A stretch of 64,000 nucleotides of DNA from Candidatus Marinacidobacterales bacterium (GCA_965219415.1 CBDCNP010000002.1:2720001-2784000), one strand, 5' to 3'. Shown: positions 10,664-20,344, counted from the stretch's first letter. The notes: generated by a model not told the origin, from the sequence alone. Made by a program: numbers and translations.

Positions 10664-11305
10664 TCACTCCGGCGGATAAAAACCCTTCAGCTTTTGATAG
10701 AGGCGGGTGGTGGCCAGGCAATCCGCGAGACAGTAGCGACCGATCTCGTCGTGTCTCCCCTCCTCAAAGGCCTGACCGACCTGCGATCCATCGAGCTCGG
10801 CCTTGGGAGAAGGAATGCCAAAGACAGCACAGAAATAATCGAGAGTCCCCCGCCGATGGCGCTCATTACCGGCCAAGACCTCGCGGATATCGAAGTGGGG
10901 GCTTGTTTTGAAACGACGGATCGGCAGCGGAATACTAGGCGGTATCTCGAGGACGGCACTCCGGATGTTTATGTAGGGGAAGTCGAAGCTCTTGCCGGCG
11001 AACGTGACGAAGAGCTCAGGCCGATTTCGTTCGAGATACTCCCAGAAAGAAGTCAGGATCACTCTCTCGTCGGTCCCGTAATAAGCCTCTTTCGTCTCGC
11101 TCTCCGCGTCCATTAGACCGATGCAGACGATGCGGCCGGTGGTCGGGTCGAGCCCGAACCGGTCGATCATTTCCTTCTTGCGCGACTCGATCTCCTCCTC
11201 GTCCCCCTCCTGGCGACGGAGGCTACGGAAAAGGATGTCGAGCGCGCGGTGTGGAATGTCTTCCACTCCCTGCCCGACCGTCTCGATGTCGACGACGAGT
11301 ACCAT
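10664..11305 (-). CDS. PolB-type 3'-5' exonuclease domain protein
   Basis: ExoI 'DIET', ExoII 'GKSFDFP', ExoIII 'YCLAD'; ATG at 11305. Confidence 0.85.
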   Translation of the reverse strand: MVLVVDIETVGQGVEDIPHRALDILFRSLRRQEGDEEEIESRKKEMIDRFGLDPTTGRIVCIGLMDAESETKEAYYGTDERVILTSFWEYLERNRPELFVTFAGKSFDFPYINIRSAVLEIPPSIPLPIRRFKTSPHFDIREVLAGNERHRRGTLDYFCAVFGIPSPKAELDGSQVGQAFEEGRHDEIGRYCLADCLATTRLYQKLKGFYPPE

Positions 11306-11306
11306 A

Positions 11307-14150
11307 TCAGAGCAACCCTGCAGCTCGAGCGACGATCTCGACCGGATGATAGGCGCGACGCCCGGTTCCATCCTGGATCTGGTGACGACAGGAAGTTCCC
11401 GGTGCAGCCAGGACCGTCTCGGGCGCTGCCCGTCGCACCGCAGGCAAAAGCCTGCGCCCCGCCATCTCCAACGAGATATCGAAATGCTCGCGCTCGTAGC
11501 CGAAAGACCCCGCCATCCCACAGCAGCCAGAATCGACGACCTCGACGCGGGAGCCCGTCTGCTCCAAAAACCTCACCAAGGGATCGGTACCGGAGAGCGC
11601 CTTCTGATGGCAATGACCGTGAACCAAAACATGAGGCGGCGGCGCGGGGAAGTTGATCTCCACTCCCGGCAAGAATTCCTCGATCAAGAAGCTTCTCTTC
11701 GCGATCGCTTCCGACTCCGGCCCGGGAACTAGATCCGGATATTCGTCGCGAAGACTAAGAAGACACGAGGGCTCACAGCCCACGATGGCGTAGCCCTGCT
11801 GCACATAAGGATACAGAATCTCAACATTGGCTCGCGCCAGCGAGCGCGCCTCGGTCAGCATACCCTTCGAGATGGCGGGGCGGCCGCAGCAGCGCTTGGG
11901 GACCAAGAGCACGTCGAAGCCCGCCGCCTCGAGCAGCCGTGTGGCCGCTACTCCGACCTCGGGATCGTTGTAGTTCATGAAGGTGTCGTGGAACAAGACG
12001 ACTCGCCAGCGGCGGCGACCGGTGGGCGGCTCGCGATTCACGAACCAGTCGGAAAAGGTCTGCCGTGCGTAGGGTGGGATCGTTCGACGGCGATCGATGC
12101 CGCCCCAACGCTCGAGGGCCCAGCGGAACCACGAGTTTCGCGTGACCCAGTTGGATACCGGGGTCGCCGCGACACCGAGCCTCCCCGCCGTGTCCACAGA
12201 GCTGAACATATGGTCGCGAAGCGGGTGAGGATGTTTGTCGTGATAAATGGCGAGATACTCCGACTTGATCCGGGCCATGTCCACGTTGGAGGGACACTCG
12301 GCTTTGCACCCTTTACAAGAAATACAGAGATCCATGACCTCGTAGAGCCGCTCGCCGGTGAGCTCCTCCGGTTCCAACCTTCCGTCGAGGACCGCTCGCA
12401 AAGCGTTGGCGCGACCGCGCGTGGAGTGTTCTTCTTCTTGAGTCACCATGTAGGAAGGACACATCGTTCCTTCGAGCTTCTTCCGGCAGACTCCGGCACC
12501 GTTACAAAGTTCCACCGCGCGCGCGAAACCGCCTTCCTTTCGGTAGGGAAAAAACGTGGACAGGTCCATGGTCTGATAAGAAGATCCGTAGCGAAGGTTC
12601 TCCGTCATCGACGGGGCTTCGACTACCTTTCCGGGGTTCATGATGCCCTGGGGGTCGAACGCCGCCTTGAGCTTCCGGAAAGCTTCATAGAGCTTCGGTC
12701 CGAACATCTTCTCGTTGAACTGGCTGCGCGCCAAACCGTCGCCATGCTCGCCGCTCATGGCGCCCCCGAACTCCAGAACCAAATCGCTGACGTCCTCCGC
12801 GAGACGGTGCATCTTTTGAATCTCGGAACCCTCCTTGAGGTTGATGAGAGGACGTATGTGGAGACAACCCGCACCGGCGTGCGCATAAAAGGAGCCCACG
12901 GTTTGGCTATCCTCGAGGAGCTCGTTGAAGCGACGGATGTAATCGGAGAGCTGCTCCGGGGCAACGGCCGTGTCCTCAACGAAGGCAATCGGTTTGTGAT
13001 CACCGGGAAGCCCCAACAAGAGCGGGAGGGCGGCCTTCCTAACCTTCCAAACATTTGCCTGCTCCGCCACGTCCAGGACGCGCACCACGGCCTGTGCTTG
13101 CTTGCCGAGGCGTGACTCCAGTTCGCCAAGCTTGGAAACGACCTCGCTCTTCGATTCGCCGTAAAACTCCACGATGATGAGAGCCTGGGGATCTCCTTCG
13201 ACGAAACGTAGCCGGCGAGAGTACTCGAGGGACTCCCTCGCGAGCTCCAACACCATGTGGTCTACGAGCTCCACCGCCGAGGGCTCGAGCGCCAGGGCCT
13301 CGAAGGCCGTCTCGAGCGCCGGCAAGAGGGCGTCGAAGTGTAAAACCGCGAGACCGGTGGCGGCGGGAAGGGGCACGACTTCGAGCTTCGCTTCGATGAC
13401 AGTGGCCAGCGTACCTTCCGAGCCCACGATCAACTTGGCCAGATTGATCTCGTCCGGATCGAGGAGCTCGTCCAGGTTGTAGCCGCTCACCCGACGCGGT
13501 ATGCGAGGATAGTGTTCTTCGATCTCGCTGCGATACTCCTCCGCCAACGAAAGTGCGGCGCGATAGATCTGCGCCTCCAAACTGTCCCCCTTGGTTTTCG
13601 ACTCTAGATTCTGCCGCCAGACAGGACCGAATACGGCCTCTGAGCCATCGGCGAGAATCGCTGTCACCTCGAGGACGTTGTCGACGGTCTTACCATAAAT
13701 GAGGGAGCGTGCTCCGGCGGAATTGTTTCCAATCATCCCGCCCAGGTTGGCCCGGTTGCTGGTGGCGGTCTCCGGCCCGAAGCGAGCTCCGTGAAGCTTG
13801 AGGTAGGCCCCGAGCCCGTCCTGCACGATGCCGGGCTGGACGGTGACCGAGCGTTCCGCCATGGAAAGCTCCAGAACGCGGTTCATGTACTTGGAGAGGT
13901 CGAGAACGACCGCTTCACCTACTGCCTGCCCGGCGAGCGAAGTGCCTCCGCCCCGAGGCAGAATCGGGACCCCCGCTTGGGCGGCGAGCCGGACCGTCTG
14001 TTCGACATCGTCGCGATGTTTGGGTATGACCACGCCGAGCGGCTCAACCTGATAAATACTGGCATCGGTGGAGTAAAGCAGTCGAGTATATCGATCGAAG
14101 CGAACTTCCCCATCGATCCGACCTTCGAGCTGCAGTGCCAAATCCGACAT
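11307..14150 (-). CDS. FAD-binding Fe-S oxidoreductase (GlcD/GlcF fusion, YdiJ-like)
   Basis: 'PRGGGTSLAG', 'SGEHGDG', CxxCxxCxxxCP ferredoxin motif, two CCG domains. Confidence 0.9.
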   Translation of the reverse strand: MSDLALQLEGRIDGEVRFDRYTRLLYSTDASIYQVEPLGVVIPKHRDDVEQTVRLAAQAGVPILPRGGGTSLAGQAVGEAVVLDLSKYMNRVLELSMAERSVTVQPGIVQDGLGAYLKLHGARFGPETATSNRANLGGMIGNNSAGARSLIYGKTVDNVLEVTAILADGSEAVFGPVWRQNLESKTKGDSLEAQIYRAALSLAEEYRSEIEEHYPRIPRRVSGYNLDELLDPDEINLAKLIVGSEGTLATVIEAKLEVVPLPAATGLAVLHFDALLPALETAFEALALEPSAVELVDHMVLELARESLEYSRRLRFVEGDPQALIIVEFYGESKSEVVSKLGELESRLGKQAQAVVRVLDVAEQANVWKVRKAALPLLLGLPGDHKPIAFVEDTAVAPEQLSDYIRRFNELLEDSQTVGSFYAHAGAGCLHIRPLINLKEGSEIQKMHRLAEDVSDLVLEFGGAMSGEHGDGLARSQFNEKMFGPKLYEAFRKLKAAFDPQGIMNPGKVVEAPSMTENLRYGSSYQTMDLSTFFPYRKEGGFARAVELCNGAGVCRKKLEGTMCPSYMVTQEEEHSTRGRANALRAVLDGRLEPEELTGERLYEVMDLCISCKGCKAECPSNVDMARIKSEYLAIYHDKHPHPLRDHMFSSVDTAGRLGVAATPVSNWVTRNSWFRWALERWGGIDRRRTIPPYARQTFSDWFVNREPPTGRRRWRVVLFHDTFMNYNDPEVGVAATRLLEAAGFDVLLVPKRCCGRPAISKGMLTEARSLARANVEILYPYVQQGYAIVGCEPSCLLSLRDEYPDLVPGPESEAIAKRSFLIEEFLPGVEINFPAPPPHVLVHGHCHQKALSGTDPLVRFLEQTGSRVEVVDSGCCGMAGSFGYEREHFDISLEMAGRRLLPAVRRAAPETVLAAPGTSCRHQIQDGTGRRAYHPVEIVARAAGLL

Positions 14151-14256
14151 AGTCGGGCATTCTCACACGCGCGCCCGCGCGTGTTCAACCTGTTTGGCTG
14201 ACCCAAGCCGACCCAACCTGATCACGCCGGTCTTTTGTGCTAGTGTCAGGGCCGAT

Positions 14257-15255
14257 ATGAAGTCGACGCTCGGAGCCTGCTTTTCGGTAATCGCTCTCGC
14301 CGCTCTGGTCTCTCTGGCGTGGGGATGCGGCCAACGTTCGAGTGACGATCAGATCGTCATCCGGCTGGGTCATATAGGATTTCCCGACTCGCCCTTCGAC
14401 CACGGGTGTCGCAAGTTCAAGGAGCTTCTCGAAGAGAGGCTTGCTGACAAGGTGGAAGTCCGAATCTACGGTTCGGCCCAGCTCGGTAAGGACAAAGAGA
14501 TGCTAGAGGGTCTGCGCTTGGGTACACTCGAGATGCACGTGCCTTCGTCGGTCCTTCACGCGGTGGAGCCGATGTTCGGGCTCTTCGATCTACCTTTTCT
14601 CATCGAAGAGCGTGCTCAAATGGAACAGATCGCGGAAGGACCGGTCGGTGAAGAGCTAACCGCCAAACTTCTGGAGCAGGGCATCGTGCTGCTTGGGTTT
14701 TGGGAAAACGGATTCCGCATGATCACCAACAACGTTCGACCCATCGTAAAGCCTCAGGATCTGTCGGGGATCAAACTGCGAACTCCCAAGGATCCCGAGC
14801 GCGTCCGGCTCTTTAGCGCTTTTGGCGCCAACCCCACCTCGATGAGCTTCGGAGAAGTCTTCTCCGCCCTCAAACAAGGGGTCATCGATGGCCAGGAAAA
14901 CCCACTCTCTCAGATAGTGCCCTCGAGATTTTACGAAGTGCAGAAGTTCCTTTCCATCTCCCGTCACGTTTACTCGCCGGCTTACCCGATTATGAGTCAG
15001 GCGTACTTCGAATCGCTGCCGGACGACGTCCGAACCGCGGTTCGGGAAGTAGCAGTGGAGGTGGGCCGCTATCATCGCCGACTCGGTGAGACGGAAGACG
15101 AGCGACACCTGATCTTCCTCGAGGAGCGTTTGCAGATCGACACCATCGACCGCGGAGCTTTCGAAGCGGCAGGTGTTCCGCTCTATGAGCACTACAAGGA
15201 ACGGTTTGGCGACGGCCTCGTCGAGGCTGCCCGAAGTTATCACTCCACACCCTAG
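14257..15255 (+). CDS. dctP: TRAP transporter substrate-binding lipoprotein
   Basis: Lipobox LAWGC, 'WENGFR', 'DLSGIKLRTP', 'IDGQENP'. Confidence 0.92.
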   Translation: MKSTLGACFSVIALAALVSLAWGCGQRSSDDQIVIRLGHIGFPDSPFDHGCRKFKELLEERLADKVEVRIYGSAQLGKDKEMLEGLRLGTLEMHVPSSVLHAVEPMFGLFDLPFLIEERAQMEQIAEGPVGEELTAKLLEQGIVLLGFWENGFRMITNNVRPIVKPQDLSGIKLRTPKDPERVRLFSAFGANPTSMSFGEVFSALKQGVIDGQENPLSQIVPSRFYEVQKFLSISRHVYSPAYPIMSQAYFESLPDDVRTAVREVAVEVGRYHRRLGETEDERHLIFLEERLQIDTIDRGAFEAAGVPLYEHYKERFGDGLVEAARSYHSTP

Positions 15256-15269
15256 AATTTCGAGATCCT

Positions 15270-15758
15270 ATGCCCCCGCGTTTTGCCGAGCGGCTTGACC
15301 GCGGTATCCGCCGCCTTCTCGAGACTACGTTGTTGGTCATTCTTTCGGCGATGGCGGTCATCTGCTTCGTCGAGGTCGTCCTTCGCTACGGCCTAGGTAT
15401 GAGTTTTGGCTGGTACGATGAGTTCACCGGCTACTTGCTGGTCTGGCTCACGTTCCTGGGCGCGGTGGCCGCCCAACAGGACGGCAGGCACATCGGTCTA
15501 GGCGGCGTCGCCGAGCGGCTCGGCCCTCGTGGCCAACGGCTCGCCGCTCTTTGCACGCACGGGCTCATGATCGCTCTGCATCTACTTCTTCTCTCCTACG
15601 GTGGCCTTCTTGCGGTCCGTTTCCTTTCCGACCGTGCCATTACGCTGCCAGTTCCGATGGGCATCATCTATATCGTCATTCCGTTCTCTGCGCTTCTGAT
15701 GCTGGGGGTCGAGGTCATCCAGCTGGGACGCACCCTCCAAACCGAACCCGATAGCTAA
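15270..15758 (+). CDS. dctQ: TRAP transporter small permease
   Basis: Four TM segments, 'VWLTFLGA...HI'; lies between dctP and dctM. Confidence 0.9.
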   Translation: MPPRFAERLDRGIRRLLETTLLVILSAMAVICFVEVVLRYGLGMSFGWYDEFTGYLLVWLTFLGAVAAQQDGRHIGLGGVAERLGPRGQRLAALCTHGLMIALHLLLLSYGGLLAVRFLSDRAITLPVPMGIIYIVIPFSALLMLGVEVIQLGRTLQTEPDS

Positions 15759-17035
15759 TGGAACTCATACTCCTCGTTGTCATCGCGCTCTTGGCCCTGG
15801 TTGGCCTCCCCATCGGCTATGTTCTGATAGCCGCGAGCACCATTCTGATTGCACTTACCACGAGCACGCCCCTGGTCGTGGTGCCACACCGCCTCTTCAA
15901 CGGCACCGACAGCTTTCCCATGGTGGCGGTGCCGCTTTTCATCCTCGCCGGCTCTCTGATGAATCGAGCCGGCATCTCTCATCGTTTGGTGGAGCTTGCT
16001 AACAGCCTGGTTGGATTCATAAGAGGCGGGCTGGCCATGACTACTACGGTCTCCAGTATGTTCTTCTCCGAGGTATCGGGCTCCGCGGTGGCGGATGCCG
16101 CAGCCTTGGGGAGCGTACTCATTCCCGCCATGAAGGAAAGGGGCTATCCTGCGCGCTTCGCCGCCGCAGTCCTTTCGTCATCGGCCACCATCGCGATCAT
16201 CATTCCACCTTCGATTCCCATGATTCTTTACGGAGCGATCACCGGCTCGTCGATCGTGAAACTGTTCATAGCCGGCGTAGCACCGGGAGTTTTGTGTGGC
16301 GTGGCGATCATGTTGACCAGCTACTGGCTCACCCGCCGCGGGGGGTTTGCCGAATCGGAGCCGTTTGAGTTGAAGCGAGTCTCGAAAGGTCTCCGCCGGG
16401 CGTTTCTGGCGCTAGCCCTGCCTCTCGTGATCTTGGGAGGGATTTTCGCAGGCGTCTTCACGGCAACAGAGGCGGCTGCCGTAGCGGTCGTCCTAGCCTT
16501 AGGGTTGGGATTCTTTGTTTATCGTTCCCTCGAGAGAAAAGACCTGAGGCCCATTATCGTGGACGCCGCAGGACAGACCGCGGTGGTCATGATCTTGGTT
16601 GCGGGTTCGGCGGTTCTGGGCTGGTACCTGGCCAACCAGCAAGTGCCCGAGAGGTTGGCCTCATTCACGCTCGCCCACGTCGAAGGGAAAACCGGCGCCC
16701 TCCTTCTTATCGACGGCCTGTGGCTGGTGGCTGGAATGATCCTCCACAGCGCCGCCGCGATCGTTCTTCTCGTTCCTATCCTCTTGCCGCTAACCACGGA
16801 GTTGGGAATCGATCCCATTCACTTCGGCCTCATGGTCACGGTCAGCTTGGCCATCGGCCAGCAAACCCCACCGGTGGCTTCGGTGCTCATTACCACGTGC
16901 TCGATTGCAAAAGTGCCGATGGGTGAGGTCATGCGGGTGAACATCTACTTCATTCTCGCGATGCTCGCGGTGCTGCTGCTGGTGACGTTCTTCCCCCAGT
17001 TGAGCCTGTGGCTCCCTTCATTGATTTCCCCATAG
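15758..17035 (+). CDS. dctM: TRAP transporter large permease
   Basis: 'SGSAVADAA', 'IIPPSI', 'TPPV'. Confidence 0.93.
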   Translation: MELILLVVIALLALVGLPIGYVLIAASTILIALTTSTPLVVVPHRLFNGTDSFPMVAVPLFILAGSLMNRAGISHRLVELANSLVGFIRGGLAMTTTVSSMFFSEVSGSAVADAAALGSVLIPAMKERGYPARFAAAVLSSSATIAIIIPPSIPMILYGAITGSSIVKLFIAGVAPGVLCGVAIMLTSYWLTRRGGFAESEPFELKRVSKGLRRAFLALALPLVILGGIFAGVFTATEAAAVAVVLALGLGFFVYRSLERKDLRPIIVDAAGQTAVVMILVAGSAVLGWYLANQQVPERLASFTLAHVEGKTGALLLIDGLWLVAGMILHSAAAIVLLVPILLPLTTELGIDPIHFGLMVTVSLAIGQQTPPVASVLITTCSIAKVPMGEVMRVNIYFILAMLAVLLLVTFFPQLSLWLPSLISP

Positions 17036-17049
17036 AGAAAAAGGCAAGA

Positions 17050-17160
17050 GAAATGGTCTCTTCTTCCTTTATACCCTCTCCCTTCCGCCTTCGCTGAAGC
17101 TTCGGCGGACCCGCCGAAGTTCTCTGGAAAAAAGCGGACGAAGGCGGGTTGGGAGAGTTG
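17050..17160 (+). repeat. Composite palindromic (REP/MITE-like) element, copy A
   Basis: Aligns along its length with the reverse complement of 25371-25495 (TCTTCTTCC..CCCTCTCCCTTCCGCCTTCGCT..AAGCTTCGGCGGACCCGCCGAAG..GCGGACG.AGGC.GGTTGGGAGAG). Confidence 0.8.
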
Positions 17161-17219
17161 GGCGTCAAAAGATGGCGTGCCGCACTCAACGTCGTCAGAC
17201 GCCGGGTGAGGGAACCTCG

Positions 17220-17522
17220 TTATCCCGTTTGATCCTTTCTCTCTAACATTGCAATCGTCGCTCCCCAGCCGCCACGGTCTGGGGAGGCTTCGCGGAAACT
17301 CGAGACCTTCGGATGCTTGGCGAGGACTCGGCGGACGACCTCTTTCTGGACGCCTTTCCCTCGGCCGTGGATTAGTCGGACTTCTTCGAATCCCTCCTCG
17401 ATCGCGGCTTCGAGATACGATTCCACTACGGAAGGGATGTCGCGAGGAGAAAAGGTATGGAGATCGAAGCTATCCTGCACCGGCACCGGTTCGGGAAAAA
17501 AATCATCGGTTTCGGACGCCAT
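17220..17522 (-). CDS. Small Smr-domain protein
   Basis: 'DLHTF', 'IHGRGKG', 'GGWGAT'. Confidence 0.88.
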   Translation of the reverse strand: MASETDDFFPEPVPVQDSFDLHTFSPRDIPSVVESYLEAAIEEGFEEVRLIHGRGKGVQKEVVRRVLAKHPKVSSFREASPDRGGWGATIAMLERKDQTG

Positions 17523-17539
17523 AGGCGATCATCCTTTTT

Positions 17540-17637
17540 TGGCGGAAGTGCGTGGGAATCGAACCCACCGTCCCGAGGATTAGCCCGGAACCATCGGATT
17601 TGAAGTCCGTGGAGGCCACCAGACCCCAGTCACTTCC
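17540..17637 (-). tRNA. selC: tRNA-Sec (anticodon UCA)
   Basis: 98 nt, GGAAG...CUUCCGCCA; 6-bp D stem with 4-nt loop; CUUCAAA anticodon loop; long variable arm; UUCGAUU T loop. Confidence 0.92.
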
Positions 17638-17651
17638 CTCACTGCTAACAC

Positions 17652-17660
17652 ATTATATCA
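17652..17660 (-). promoter_or_regulatory. Extended -10 promoter for selC
   Basis: TGaTATAAT on the minus strand about 15 nt upstream of the tRNA. Confidence 0.55.
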
Positions 17661-18039
17661 ACGTAGGTTATCGAGTTCGGGTTTTTCGAGATCGGATTTT
17701 TCGGAATCGGCTGGACTTTCCCCGAACTTTGGAGCGCAATGAGCATGAATGGGTTGATTTTCTCTTGACGGTAGATGAACGTTTACGGCGGCATACCGGC
17801 GAGGCGTGTGGTGGTGCTATATGATCCAGCAGACCTCTCAACGCAACTTTGAAGAGCGCCCGATGGTGGCGAATTTTTCGGCCTGGACTGTATTACACAA
17901 TTTGGGTGGCGGGATTCTCGCATACGCGTATGGAATAACGATCCGCTAGACGAATAATCAAGGATTACACGATCCTTGATCCTTCACGCGGGTGTAAGCC
18001 GTTATACCAGTTTGGCTTACGGGGCAGAGCGAGGTTTGT

Positions 18040-18069
18040 TTGCGCGAAACGCGAGGGCGTGTCTAGAAT
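18040..18069 (+). promoter_or_regulatory. Sigma70-like promoter for the candidate ncRNA
   Basis: TTGCGC-N18-TAGAAT, 7 nt before the closing stem. Confidence 0.45.
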
Positions 18070-18076
18070 GGACTCG

Positions 18077-18199
18077 GTGGGGCGAGGGGCCACACCTTAA
18101 ATAAAATGGAGACTGGGACCACAGATCGTTCTAAGAAGCGATCAAAACTCATCTAAAACTCACCGTTAGTTTTTCCTGCCGACTAATCCCTCGCCCCGC
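18077..18199 (+). ncRNA. Candidate structured ncRNA; the inner 49-nt hairpin may be the Acido-Lenti-1 motif
   Basis: 12-bp closing stem (18077-18088 with 18188-18199), inner bulged hairpin 18107-18155, second hairpin TTAGTT/GACTAA. The family match is from memory only. Confidence 0.55.
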
Positions 18200-18241
18200 T
18201 ATTTCGTTTCTGCCGGTTGACTCCCAAACCATTTCGTCACC

Positions 18242-18270
18242 TTGACTTGGATCGCTTCATTGGCTACGAT
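18242..18270 (+). promoter_or_regulatory. Sigma70 promoter for tRNA-Ala
   Basis: TTGACT-N17-TACGAT. Confidence 0.65.
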
Positions 18271-18285
18271 TAGCTTTGTTTTGCG

Positions 18286-18361
18286 GGGGCTGTAGCGCAG
18301 TTGGGAGCGCGCGTGAATGGCATTCACGAGGTCACGGGTTCGATCCCCGTCAGCTCCACCA
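18286..18361 (+). tRNA. tRNA-Ala (GGC)
   Basis: 76-nt cloverleaf GGGGCUG...CAGCUCCACCA with G3:U70 pair and GGC anticodon. Confidence 0.97.
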
Positions 18362-18428
18362 ACTTTCTCACGTCCCGCGAGAAAGTTGTCCCGCCGAAGC
18401 TGCTTCGCTCTTCACTCGTGAAGGCGGG
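18361..18428. repeat. Hairpin (AACTTTCTC/GAGAAAGTT) plus a partial copy of the CCGCCGAAGC...GAAGGCGG repeat, between convergent genes
   Basis: Perfect 9-bp stem; shares core motifs with the elements at 17050-17160 and 25371-25495. Confidence 0.55.
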
Positions 18429-18429
18429 C

Positions 18430-20163
18430 TCACCCCAACCGCTTCCTCAAACCCTCCAACTCTTCTTCCAGCGCGCGGGGCAAGCGATCTCCAAACTTTT
18501 CGAAGAACTCTCTTAGACCTCCGACTTCTCTCTCCCAACCCTCCTTGTCTAGGCGCAAGAGCTCTTTCATCCTTGGGGAAGGTACGTCAAGGCCATCCAA
18601 ATTGATAGCATCGGGGGTCGGTACCCAGCCGATCGGAGTTTCTTCAGCCTTCCCCTTCCCCGCCGTTCGCTCGAGAATCCAAAGCAAGACACGTAGATTC
18701 TCGCCGAACCCTGGCCACAAGAACCGGCCGTCCGCATCGGTCCGGAACCAGTTGACGTGGAAGATGGTCGGAGGCCGACTCGCTCGTTGCCCGAGGGTCA
18801 ACCAATGGGCCCAATAATCGGCCATGTGGTACCCACAGAACGGAAGCATCGCCATCGGATCCCGCCGAACGACGCCGATCTCCCCGGTCGCCGCGGCGGT
18901 GGTTTCGGATCCCATCGTGGCAGCGACGAAAACCCCATGCTGCCAATTGTAGGATTGAAAAACGAGCGGCGTGAGCTGAGCCCGACGGCCCCCGAAAATG
19001 AGTGCTGAAATGGGAACGCCTCTCGTTTCCTCCCAGCGCGGCGAGATGCTCGGGCACTGACGGGCAGGAACTGTGTATCGCGAGTTCGGGTGAGCCGCTT
19101 TTCCGGAACCATTGTAAGGCTGGTTCTGCCAGTTGATAAGCCTCTGTGGTGGAGCAGGATCCTTACCCTCCCACCAAGGCTGGCCGTCATCCGTCATGGC
19201 GACGTTGGTGAAGATCGTGTTCTGCCGGATAGCTTTCATCGCATTGGGATTGGTCTGGTCGTTGGTACCCGGAGCCACACCGAAGAAACCCGCCTCCGGA
19301 TTCACGGCCCACAAGCGCCCGTCTTCACCGATCCTCAGCCACGCGATGTCGTCACCGACGGTGCGCACCTTGTACCCCAGCTGCTCGAGCGGGCTGATCA
19401 ACATGGCGAGGTTGGTTTTTCCACATTGGCTCGGGAAAGCAGCCGCGATGTAGTCGATCTTGCCGCCCGGCTGCTCGAGCTCCAGGAGCAACATGTGCTC
19501 GGCCAACCACCCTTCTTCATAGGCCATGGCACTCGCAATCCGCAGCGCGAAACACTTCTTGCCTAGAAGCGCGTTTCCCCCGTAGCCCGAACCGATGCTC
19601 CAGATGAGCCTCTCCTCGGGAAAGTGGCAAATGAAGCGTCGGTCGGGAGAGAGATCTCCCAGGGAATGGAGGCCGGGTGCGAACTCGCCGCTTTGACGGT
19701 ATTCATCGAGGGCAACCTTTCCCATTCTCGTCATGATCCGCATATTCGCGACCACATACGCGCTGTCGGTGAGTTCGACTCCTACTTTAGCGAACGGCGA
19801 CCCAGGAGGACCCATCAGGTACGGCACGACGTACATGGTGCGATTGTTCATCGCCCCTTCGAAGAGCGAACCTACGTTCTGCCGCGCTTCCGCGGGGGCC
19901 ATCCAGTTGTTGGTGGGCCCAGCCTGCTCCTGATCCTCGCTGCAGATGAAGGTAAGGTGCTCGGTTCGGGCGACGTCATTGGAGTCGCTAATGTGAAGAT
20001 AGCAATGTGGCCACCATTCGGGGCTCAGCTCCTTTAGCGTTCCATCATCCAGCATCTCCTCGATGAGTCGATCATTTTCTTCCTCCGAACCGTCGCACCA
20101 CTCGACCCGGCTGGGGCCGGTGATTCGAGCCGTTTCTTCGACCCATCGTTCTAGCTCTCCCAT
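18430..20163 (-). CDS. pckG: Phosphoenolpyruvate carboxykinase (GTP)
   Basis: 'SGYGGNALLGKKC', 'FPSQCGKTN', 'GDDIAW', 'DPMAMLPFCGY'. Confidence 0.96.
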   Translation of the reverse strand: MGELERWVEETARITGPSRVEWCDGSEEENDRLIEEMLDDGTLKELSPEWWPHCYLHISDSNDVARTEHLTFICSEDQEQAGPTNNWMAPAEARQNVGSLFEGAMNNRTMYVVPYLMGPPGSPFAKVGVELTDSAYVVANMRIMTRMGKVALDEYRQSGEFAPGLHSLGDLSPDRRFICHFPEERLIWSIGSGYGGNALLGKKCFALRIASAMAYEEGWLAEHMLLLELEQPGGKIDYIAAAFPSQCGKTNLAMLISPLEQLGYKVRTVGDDIAWLRIGEDGRLWAVNPEAGFFGVAPGTNDQTNPNAMKAIRQNTIFTNVAMTDDGQPWWEGKDPAPPQRLINWQNQPYNGSGKAAHPNSRYTVPARQCPSISPRWEETRGVPISALIFGGRRAQLTPLVFQSYNWQHGVFVAATMGSETTAAATGEIGVVRRDPMAMLPFCGYHMADYWAHWLTLGQRASRPPTIFHVNWFRTDADGRFLWPGFGENLRVLLWILERTAGKGKAEETPIGWVPTPDAINLDGLDVPSPRMKELLRLDKEGWEREVGGLREFFEKFGDRLPRALEEELEGLRKRLG

Positions 20164-20344
20164 TACACCTCCTGATACGGCTAGCGCGGGCCTATCCTAG
20201 GAATCCTGACGCGGTTCGTCAAACACGCTGGGTTCTGGGGTGCATACAACAGCGGTAGGTAGGAGAGCTGAAACAAATCGAATTAGGATCCACTTGGCGA
20301 AGCTGAAGTGACCCCGCTTTCGTGGACAGGTTAAGAGTTAGGGA

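Noticed and set aside
17650-17680. dif-like site (ACTCGATAA-CCTACG-TTGATATAAT on the minus strand)
   Set aside because: The XerD arm matches poorly, and the sequence is explained by the selC -10 element.
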